Positions 53,436 through 64,000 of a DNA stretch of 64,000 nt are shown piece after piece. The translations under genes and the position numbers were made by a program. Each line of letters starts with the position of its first letter. Within the stretch, counting starts at the first letter, position 1. The stretch comes from Styela clava (taxonomy: Eukaryota): positions 9,610,001 through 9,674,000 of the forward strand of contig NC_135255.1 of assembly GCF_964204865.1 (NCBI RefSeq). Direction: 5' to 3'. Below the pieces are notes generated by a model that searched no databases, was not told the DNA's origin, and saw only the letters and a list, made by a program, of their open reading frames with translations.

Positions 53436-56400
53436 TTAAGCATTGATAAATTCGTCATTTTCAGAACTGTTGAGAAGTTCTTCCTGAAAATTCAAGTTAC
53501 CAATTAAAACATCGCAGAAAAATATTGTAATATTGTTAAAATCCTAGGTTTTCCATCGTAATCCAATAACAGATTACAGCATGCCCTCATTGAATATTAA
53601 CAACAGATGGAGAGAATACGTATGGTTTCAATCTCTACATATTTATAGCAATCTAAACATATACACTACAGATGCCCTCTACTTTTCATGTCTTTAATAG
53701 CTTAGTTTAGGATCTGCATTTTGCACAGAAAATCGAATTCCTTCCTCTGCCACAAGTTTAGGAATATACAATAATTTTACTGTTAACTATTGCATACTCA
53801 ACACAAATTAGAAGCGTGATTCGTGATGCGATTGAGCCCTATTACAATCTTTTTGATCTTTCAGAATAAATCATCTTTATATGATCAAAGAGATACGTAA
53901 TCAGAAAAAAATTACCAGATTTTTCAAAAAAGTGACCAAATGACTAATTTCACTTCACGCATATTTTTTGCATATGTTTAGCCCGAATGGCCCTCATAAA
54001 TTGCTTTTTAGTTCGTTTAAACATACCCGAAATAACATCATAACTCAATCACAATAATAATTTGTAATACTGCTAATTAGTTGCTTACGTTTACAAGTAA
54101 TTAGCATTGGTACCGAAAGTTTGAAGTTATTGATTGTAGTATATAGCCATTGTAATTTTCATATGCAACAAAAATATTTTTTAATTTTAAATGATTATTT
54201 CCGCATTTAATATAACATGAATGATTCATATTTCATTTCACACAAAAAATCAAAATTTGCAACAAGCTCCTTTTCTCGAATTATGTGCACCTCTTGCGCA
54301 ATCTGCAAAATTGTGGTCACAAGAGATAACACGATAAGTCAGCAAATCCATGATTATACCAAGGTTGAATCAAGATTACCACAATAAAATTATTCACAAA
54401 CATGCTAATATTTTCCACCAAGAAAATCAATCAGTTGAAATTGACAGATAAATATTTGGGAAAAGTTGATTTCAACCGTTATTTTTATTTATTTTACCAC
54501 CATCTTTTCACCCAAGGAAAATGTAATATTAGTTTTGAAGAGGTTTAATATCAGTTCATGCCACCTTCACTGCATATTTGGGCCAGTAATGTTTAGAAGT
54601 TGGCATCCCGGGATAATCACGATTACTCTGAAAAGAATTATTTGGTCAATACACCGAAAATGGACGCTGTAAAAAATAGATGTTGCCTATTTCAATCTCA
54701 GAGACAGAATCCATTGATTAGTTTTTTATGGAAAGTAATGGTAATTACTGAAAATGTCCAACAGAAATAGTTAAACTTGAACTAAGAGTAGCTGGAAAAG
54801 TATGCGCTATGCGGCTGCGCCAACGATTTTAAACAGACTTGCTCTTTCACTAAGGATGACAAAAAAAATCTACCCTAAATAATTGAATTCAATGATATTT
54901 AGTAGATGTGTGACATGTGTCCTTCCCTGCTAAAGAGCGCAATTTGGGAAAGTAATTTAGTTCAAATTTTGTTTGGTAAAATTTTACGAATGTTGGCAAC
55001 TTGTCATACCTTCTCAGCAATACCCCAAACCCAATGTTAATTATGATAACAGAGCATATAATCCAGTGTTCTAGCTACTTTATTTATTTATCAAACCATA
55101 ATTATGTCCCTTTTTCTTGGAATAGGCTTGTTACTGACTGTCATATAATAATGTTTCATTACCATTTTTAAAATAAAGGGATGATACATAACCAGTATCG
55201 TTTTCTCGATGCTAGCTTTTACTTGGTTCAGTTTCAGGTGCTAATTAGAGAGCTATAAAGGTGCACAGTGCATTGTGATATGCATTGTGTTACAAACAGT
55301 AACTAACAGTTGAGGTTACGTGAAACTAATTACCTTTCCTTGCTCTATGCCTTTGCGAAGGTAAATCCATATGCGTATAACGCAAGAATGCTATAGCAAG
55401 AGTTGAAAATGACTATTCTATTCAATTCAAGAGTTACATACAGTATTTACTATTTACATTTAAAAAGTTAATACACTACACTACCTTATCACCCAAATCC
55501 TTTCCACGTTTATTCAGCTTTATTTTTGGCTTCGAAATTCTTGTTGAATCATCTGTTATATCTTCTAATGTGTCAGGTACTGGTTGATTTAAAGTTTCAG
55601 GTAAAGCGAATGTCATTATTGCAGCTAGTATTGACAATGCTCCGTATAAAGCATACGGTGCAGCTGAACCTAAAGCAGTCTGGAAATAGAAAACACTCAA
55701 GATGAAATAGTTGAATTAGGAAATTTTGAAGTGTGAGAAATTACAAATAATTGAAATATTGTTGTCAAATTAGAAAAGGGAGTAGTCTGGACATGAGCGA
55801 GTGAATGCTTTGGCCTCTTAGATTCGAACCTATTTCTATGACCCAACAGAGGATTGTCAAACTTTAATAATTTGCTCTTCTGGGGCGAGGGATTTTTATT
55901 TGAGCCAGTGTCTGAAGCATTCTGATTTCTAACCAACTGCCCGGCCCTGATTCTGAATACATTCTGAAATATTATAGAATTTGGTTTTATTATTTTGGTT
56001 TTTCTTTTATATAGTTTCAGATGGTGCGTGTCTATTTTTTTCTGACCCCTAGATCTAATAACTTTAAAAATGAAAACCTTTTTTTAATATATTCTCAAAT
56101 TCAAGAATTTGTAATATTCAATATAACTACCATAATTCATCAAAGTGAGATATGGGTAAGAGGTAAAAGCTTCAACTTAACTTCAATAACATCACAGGCT
56201 ACGCATCTCAGGTCCAAATAAAAAAGCCACCACCTCCCCTGAGTGTAAAAAATTGGGTGGGCAATGCTGAACCAGGAAAATTTTGGTACTTCCAAAAATA
56301 GTAGCTATTCACATATTGTCGAATATAAGTTGTTGCTTCGAAGCAAAAAGTGTAAAGTAAGTCCAGAAGTGAAAACTACACCAAACGGTTTACGATCCAT

Positions 56401-59400
56401 GAAGGTAATCGGGATCAAATCTTCAATACTTACTAATAAATGAACATAAGGTGCCAATATTCCACCTATCCTTGCACACATTGATGACGTTCCCATTCCT
56501 ACATTTCTTACAACAGTTGGAAATAATTCGGAAGCATAGATATAAACCAGAGCAAATGCAGCTGAAATTGCTAGCTTTCCTCCGAGAGCAAGAGCCGTCT
56601 TTGTGGTGGTTGTTTCTAAAGGAAGAGTAGACTTAAATTCCAAAAAAGTTTTAACAAGTGAAATGAATTTATCAGAACTATTAATTCCGTGATTTATTGT
56701 ACTATCATGACTTTTTTCAAGTTTAGATAGAGATTTCCAAGCATTTCAAAGAATGTAACCAACAAGCCTTCTTTATATCCTGCAAAGATATGGATATGTT
56801 AAATATGTTCATATGAATTCTTTTTTCTTTGGAATCTGATATATAAGAAATTGACAATGCGGTGACATTTAACTGGCCACTGTGCCTTGTGGGATTATGA
56901 ATCTTGGTCAACACAGTAGCACAATCTCACTCAGAGTGTAATACATTGTGAATGTTGGGCTGAAACAAAAAGAATAACTTTAGGGCCCATTACAGTGAAT
57001 AAGTTGCTTGTGCTAATCAGTAATCACCTTACCTAGGCTGTAAAAAACTTGGTGGGCTATGTCGAACTTAAAATTTAGATACTGAATAAAAATGCATTTC
57101 TCCACTCTAAAATTAGATGAAGAAAAATTTGAAAAAAATTTAAATAGTCATACTTGATGCATCAGGTAAGAACATGATTGAGATTGAAAATATTCCAACA
57201 CAAATGGCAAAACCGATGAGAGATCTTCTGCGGCCAGCCCTGAGAAACATAAATAATAGAGGATTAATGCTTCACAGAATAATAATGTATAGGTTTCAAT
57301 AACAAATTACAACGAAGCACTCTCAAATTGACTTCTTTTCATATCAGCATATCTGAGAACAATTTTTTTATACACATAATTGGTATTGCCCTTATAAGAT
57401 TTCCTGAACATGGCCTACAGATTATATTTCCATGTTCAATTAACTAACAAGGTCAATCTTACATGTAAATTGTTATTTAGTGCTTGTACTGCAAATTCGG
57501 AAGATAATATAACAATAATTAGGATATAGAAAGATTCAGTAACCATTCGATAACATCCCCTGGCTATTGTCAATTTTATATTGTGTTTGTTCATTTTACT
57601 GAGTGCTTTTACTGTTTTTGTAGTTGACACAAACTTTTTTGTATATCTTAAGTTATGATCGCCTTCAGGGCAACCGTATTTTGTTTGTCTGTTTGTTATT
57701 GTTATGTTGTTTTTCATTTCACGCCAGCGAGACCAATATGAAATTGATTGATTACAGTAAAAAGTACATTGGGCTTACTGTTACATCATGAAAGTACATC
57801 ATAGGCCATGGGGTTGAAGTTTGGCATTTTTTTTATCGATAATGGAACCTAAGATGTGTGTAAAAAATTTTAGTCATTCACAGAGTCAGAATTTTGAATT
57901 TCTAATTGTGGAAATCAAAGTCGTAATTTCTGATGGAAACTGGTAAAACATCGGAAGTCGGGACTGTTGCGAATTCTTAGCAGACAATAAAGAGAGGCTT
58001 GTCTATGCCAAGGAGGAGTAAGAGTTAAAAATTTCCTTACAATCGGAGTCATATTTAAATGGACTGCCGTTTTAGAGTTGCGTGAAAATTTCCACCACCT
58101 GCACAAACTTATGGATAACACATAACAGAGTAGTTTATAATTGTAAGGAGTGAAGACACTGAAAAGGCATCTTTGTGTGTGACAAAGCTACCATTCCTAT
58201 TAGAATGAGTAGGATTCCATATGTTGCTAATATGGTAAGGCCCAATGCACTCACAATTAAGCCGTCACATAAAATATAATAAACATAACTTTGTCATTGT
58301 GGATAAGTTATAATATGATGATTTGTGAAGGGTCAGTTATTCGCTGACTAATGAACGGCAAAAAGAAAAACATAATCAAACAAATAACCCACACATTTAT
58401 TTGTAATTAGTACTGCATTTGACTCACCAAGTTCTGTTTAACAAGGCACCACACAAGACTATAGCAGGAAGCTCCACAACACCAGATAATGCTACACTAA
58501 CATATAAACTTTCTGCAAGATCTTTAGCACTCATTGTTAGACCATAGTATGTAAAGCTGCAGACAAACCTGAACAAATAATAGATTAGACTATTTATACT
58601 GATATTGATAGAACATGCATAAACTTGATGTTTATACATAGTATATTTACATGTATCTCGTGCTTTGTTGAAATCTGGCCTCCAGTGAAAAATTGAATGT
58701 TATTTCAATTACATTATGCTACATTACATCATACATGGTGACCCAGGTCATTTGTAACATATTCGAGAGTGAACATAACTTTTGTGCAAAGCGTCTTAGA
58801 TTACTTAAACTCTCGAGTATAGTACAATTACACAAGTTTTAATTACCGTAAATAAATTTTCTTCATTTTTGTACATTCACTATTAAGAAAATTATGAATT
58901 CTGTATTTTGAGCCAGTCTGTATAAAAAAGAATATTGCTAAAGCAATTTACAAATCTGCAATCTGTTTTATCCAGTATGCAAAACGTCAAACTCAATATG
59001 AAAAGCTCAGTGTTTATACAATTACAAAAGAAAACGGTAAGCAATATTTAACTAACTTTGATCTATAATAGGAAAAATCATCAGAAAAATCCATCCTGAC
59101 AACATTACTATTGATCATCAACTCACCATGTATATCCCATTATCAATGTTCTCCTTGCTAAATTTTTTGATGAAAATAGATCACGAATTGAATATCCATT
59201 CTTATTAGATTTTTTTTCTTCTTTCCTTTTCTCCAATACAATACCTATGAAATATGGAAAAGTTGCAAAATCAATTTGTTTAAGACAATGTTCCTATATG
59301 AAGACTTGAAGCATGGCAGATAGAGTCTCTGTCATAAACCAAGTTAAGTCTCTATCCTACCAAACCTACCTATAATACCAAGCTATCTCTAAACTAATCG

Positions 59401-62400
59401 AGACTGTAATCTCGGAACTCAAATACAGAGTCATTCAATAAACAGACAGCAAATCCAACTTGGCACAAACGTTAGTTCTTATTCCTGAACCTGACATCAG
59501 CTGCAGACTCTTTGAGATAACTTTCAAACCATGAAAACATTAGTGCTGCTTCTTGGTTCACTTGAAACGCTCAAAACCAGGAAAAAGTATGTCTCTGACA
59601 TGTTACAATTTTAGACAACGAATTCAAGACATTTCATAACTAAAGCTCTGCCTCTAATACCAAAGCAATAGACATCCTACATTACAGATTCAACATCAAT
59701 GATACAAACAATCACAGAGACTAATTTATCCTGTCGATAGTTTCACAAGCATTTTATCCTACTGCAAGCATTTTGTAAGGAAACCACGTTTAAATGTGTA
59801 ACTTACTGGCAACAGTTGACGATGATCTTCCATTCTTTCTGGCAAGATAATGCAAGACTTCTTCAGCAGCTGCTACTTTTCCTTGTGAATATAACCATCT
59901 GGGTGATTCAGGAACAATCCTGAAATGAAATTGAGTTATTTAGATCGACCTCATAAAAATTATCTGCTTCTGTTTGTTGCTTCACAATATATCACAAACA
60001 CACTGCTTTAAATTACATGGAAAAGGTTTTTAAGTCCTCCAGAAGGGTGACAAGGCAATGCTAATGGATGATTCCTTTACCATTGAATTCCCTGTTTATT
60101 TCTGCAATAATTGCTTATTCGCAATAAACCAATGATGACATAACAATTGAGATTTCAGAAGCCACTTTTTTCACTCAAGTAATTTCAATCATAGTTGTGA
60201 TTCGTGAACCTCGACTCTCTCAATTTTGTGTTCAATTTGTCATTTTTACGTTGTTTTCAAAATTTAGGTATAAATCAAATAATTAGATGATAATTTGTCT
60301 TGGCTGAGTTTTCTCTTAGTTGCAGTAATCAAAGATCTCCCACAAAAACTGCAGTAGGCCTGGTTCAAAAGAGGTGTCAGAACTTCTTAATGGCAGCTTG
60401 TAAGAAGTTAGGTGGGGTCAAGGGTTGAAGAAATACCCATATTATGACAATGGAATCTAATACCAGTCTATGAGCCTCCGATGCACACATGGACTTGAAT
60501 AAATCTGGAGCAGTGATAGATATGAGAACATTTTTACATACCAGTAAGGAAAAAGCAACACAAAGGCTGGTACCGATGTCACAATGCACAGATGCCTCCA
60601 ATTGGTGAATACACTTGCTAAGAATGATAGAACAATGATTCCAATGGAAAATATAGCTGGTAGTATGCTCCCTGAAATTTTACAAAATTTAGAGCATATT
60701 ATTATTATGAAGCACATTTAGCATTGGTTTTGAAAAGTTTAATTTCATTGTGTTGACCAAAACTACTGATTTAATTCACATACCTGTTATTGGCCAGACA
60801 GATGACCCAACTAATTCCTGTGCTAATACAAAGCCAACAAGCACAACACCACCTTGACAAAATCCAGCGAAGAAACGCAATGCACCGAAGATTCTCCAGT
60901 CATTTGAAAATGATGTGAGAAATGACACAATGATAAGACCCAAAAACACTAAAAATAAGTATATATATATGAATAAATATAAATGAGACAACTTCTGCTG
61001 TAAAAATTGTTTTATTTCATAAAAGAACTCATCAGTCTAATTTTATCTTAGTGTGATGATTAGTAATGTACAAATAATTTAGTTTGGAGTAACACTAATT
61101 GGTGTTTTACAAAATCCAGACATTCCGAATGATTGTTTATATCTGCATGATTCATATTTTTACAGTGAAACAGTAATTTTTTTAATAGTTCCACAAAGAT
61201 TATTCGAAAAATGAATACAGGCAGAACTTTACATAGCAAACGATTTCGATGTGAACACTCCAAATGATATATCGAAAAAATTTGATATTTTCACAATAGG
61301 TGACCATGCAATTGAGATCATCATAGAAGACATTCAAATGCAACAAAATCACTACATACCTCTGAAATACACTGGTTTTCTACCATATTTATCAGATAAT
61401 TGACCAATCAATATATTTCCTAATAAAACTCCAACCATGAATATAGACTGAAGAGTATCAACAATGTATGCTCGATCTCCACGCAAATTCCACTGCCGAA
61501 TATAATATATGATCAATTGAAACAAGAGTTGAAAAATGAGCCGAAAATGATAGTCATAAGGTGAGTGTGAATATAGGAGGTTAGTTCACTAAACGCCGTC
61601 AAGTACTTCTAGTTGGCGTGGCATAAATATGTCAATTCTAACCCCCACCTGACTACGTTATCCAAAAATTACGTCACTACAATGTCACAGTGGCGAAATA
61701 AGACCGGTCAAAGTATACGGATTGTCGTCCAATACGCTGCAAACTATCACTGTTGTAGTGACATAATTTTTGGATGACGTAGTCAGGTGGGGGTTAGAAA
61801 TGACATATATGCGAAAATGGTTATACCACACCAACTAGAAGTAGTCGGCGGCGTTTAGTGAACTAGCCCCTAAATTTTTCCCAGCCATACATAATAAAAT
61901 AAGTCTTTTTAGTCTTTGGTTTATTATTCTTTAATCACATAATAATCTATATAATATAGTCTTCCTAAATGCAGAATCCAGTACAATGAAAACACAATGA
62001 CAATGCTATACTAGACAGAATCAGAAACAAAAATAAAATATTTCAGACTTACATCCCAACCTATACAGCTATATTTTTCATATATCTGTATATCCTCGTA
62101 TAAATTATCACCAAGAAATATTTTTCAAAAACAACAACTAGGATAGGATAGGATAGGATTTACATATTTATCCCGGGGGAGAGGAAAGCCGATAAGACGG
62201 CTTATCCATATGGCGAACCACGGCCTCTCGTCCGGTTACCATTCCAAGTCGGGTATGGGATTAGTTTTTACTGTATTGTTTGTTTTCGGAAGCATGGACT
62301 TGGTGGTGGAGGAAGCCGTAACCGACCAGCGGTTACGTGAACCACCCAACGACGGCGAGGAGTCCAGCAATCCTCTCGCACATAACCATCCCTGCATGGG

Positions 62401-62825
62401 ATTCGAACCTGCGAACCCACGCAGAGTAATTAGAGGTGCGGTGGCGAGCGTATTCCTAACGCTTAGCCCGTTGAGCCACACCGCCGCGCCACTATACTAC
62501 CGTAACACTATAAGGAAGGAAAACGTAGCTTAGATCCATAAACAATAAATATTACCTCGTCTACTATAGTTTGCATTCCTACAGGCTCCATTTTCCCCCT
62601 TTCACTGGATTTTAATGGGGGAGTTGCACCAACAAAAACCATGAGAACCATCTGGCAAGCCATTGGTATCTTAAAACAAGAGTAGATACAGTTATAGGCT
62701 AAATATTAACAAAAAATAGAGAATGCAAGATAGTACCTTACCCCACTTATTCCGATGCATAAAAAGAGAAAAGCTTGATAAAATCCACATGCCCCAACAG
62801 ACTTGAATCCCTGTTCAACGTTCAT
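53436..62825 (-). CDS. SLC22A15: SLC22-family organic cation/zwitterion transporter, SLC22A15-like, 12 exons, ~502 aa
   Basis: Exons 62825-62742, 62669-62556, 61492-61360, 60948-60784, 60671-60542, 59919-59807, 59244-59127, 58568-58428, 57239-57154, 56615-56434, 55679-55485, 53483-53436 (1509 nt, phases consistent). Motifs [56 protein letters not shown]. The last exon is tentative; read-through would instead stop at 55476. Confidence 0.88.
61574..61872. mobile_element. Foldback MITE with ~110-bp inverted arms in SLC22 intron 2
   Basis: GGTTAGTTCACTAAACGCCG..TACTTCTAGTTGG..TCTAACCCCCACCTGACTACGT..CCAAAAATTA.GTCACTACAA is mirrored at 61752-61870. Confidence 0.88.
62139..62489 (-). mobile_element. 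tRNA-derived SINE, full-length copy 2
   Basis: A and B boxes and an (ATCCT)4 tail; nearly identical to 5139-5472. Confidence 0.88.
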
Positions 62826-63103
62826 ACTGTTATGAGGTGTTCCTGTATTCAGGTATTTGCAAAACCACGGCCAATCAATTCAGGCAGTACCGCACCGGTA
62901 CCGGTTCCGTATGTCAGTACGTTCAGGGTTCTCAGCAGTCACTTTGCTCAGCAGCGTGTTTCTAAAGTACCCGGTACTTTAACTTTACCAACCTTGGTGT
63001 AACCTTTACACTAAAATGCCAAAATTCGTTATATTTTAATTTATTGAGCAAGCATATGCCTACCATTCTTTCGTAAATTTTATGCCCACTTACTGTGGAG
63101 CGT

Positions 63104-63107
<4 letters not shown>

Positions 63108-63139
<32 letters not shown>
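63108..63139. repeat. (TA)n microsatellite
   Basis: TA run upstream of the SLC22 start. Confidence 0.95.
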
Positions 63140-63140
<1 letters not shown>

Positions 63141-64000
63141 CTCTATTACGGTAGTTAAACGGACCTGCCATAATTGCAGTACTTAAGCGGACGTCGTTCC
63201 TGTGCCCGTATCATTGTTTTTAAATACGTGCTTGGAGAGCGCGAGAGCCGTTGACAACTACGCAGAAAAAGAGTCAACACAATCCTCTCGATAACAGATA
63301 TAAAATTTTTGTCCGCTTAATTTGTCCACTTAATTCAGACCACCAAATGTTTTAGCCTATTTCGGCACTAAGCCGGACCCCTCTTATATGTCGCCCTGGA
63401 TGTCTACATAAATGATGTTGCTTTTATTTTAATACGCATTTTAAAGCGTATGACCTCGCTTTAATTTCCGATGGATTCGAACCATCTAGCAATACTTATC
63501 ACAAAAAATAGCATTTCTTTTTTCAATGTCCAGTCTTTCGTGCAAGGGAGATGCACTGTGTTTGGTGTTGGAAATAATCTTCCATATCAAAAAATACTCG
63601 GAATGCAACGTGATGGTAGACAAATCGAAACAAATTGATCCAAACGTGTTATATATTTGAAACTGAGAAATACACAGAGCATATCACAAATGTTCGCCTA
63701 TTCCAACCCTATGGTGCAACATATAGATTAAACAGATGCTATGTTGTAAGTGTCAAGATATCAATACCAAGTCAAAATTATGGCATTCCAATAATATTGA
63801 TAAACATTGCGAAAAATATACCTCAAAAACCCGCATATCTATATGGCTATAAGCGTGACATATATTTGAAAAACAAAATTTTGAAATGCCATACATAGGG
63901 AGAAACAATACACAAAATATTTTTCAAACGTATCACCAATCTGATTGCTAAAGTGTGAAATATTATTTTAAAAAGGAAGTGTGGTATATAATAGTAAAAT

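Noticed and set aside
55335-55345. 11-nt AG...GT micro-exon candidate in the last SLC22 intron
   Set aside because: It would shift the frame and has no support.

Overview
AT-rich, intron-containing eukaryotic (animal) DNA. It is most likely an ascidian/tunicate; this is an inference from the short-collagen ficolins, the MuRF-type TRIM, compact introns and splice acceptors just upstream of start codons. All eight protein-coding genes I can reconstruct lie on the minus strand. In transcription order they are: SLC22A15-like transporter (12 exons), MuRF/TRIM54-55-63-like E3 ligase (long S/R/P tail and an alternative short terminal exon), two intact tandem ficolin-like fibrinogen-domain genes, an orphan two-exon ~167-aa four-TM protein that appears only after splicing two short ORFs, intronless GATAD2/p66, ARL6IP5/PRA1, and intronless SLC28/CNT. 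The ficolin pair arose by a tandem duplication (~24.0-35.0 kb vs ~35.2-40.7 kb) that also copied the TRIM terminal exon. Non-coding DNA is rich in hAT elements/MITEs (several nested, with 8-bp TSDs), a tRNA-derived SINE family, a Helentron/DINE-like element and foldback hairpins. I see no prokaryote-type system (CRISPR etc.). The best candidates for novelty are the orphan 4-TM gene, the diverging ficolin pair, the TRIM tail isoforms, and a possible trans-spliced operon-like arrangement. All exon coordinates were read by eye and need RNA-seq confirmation.
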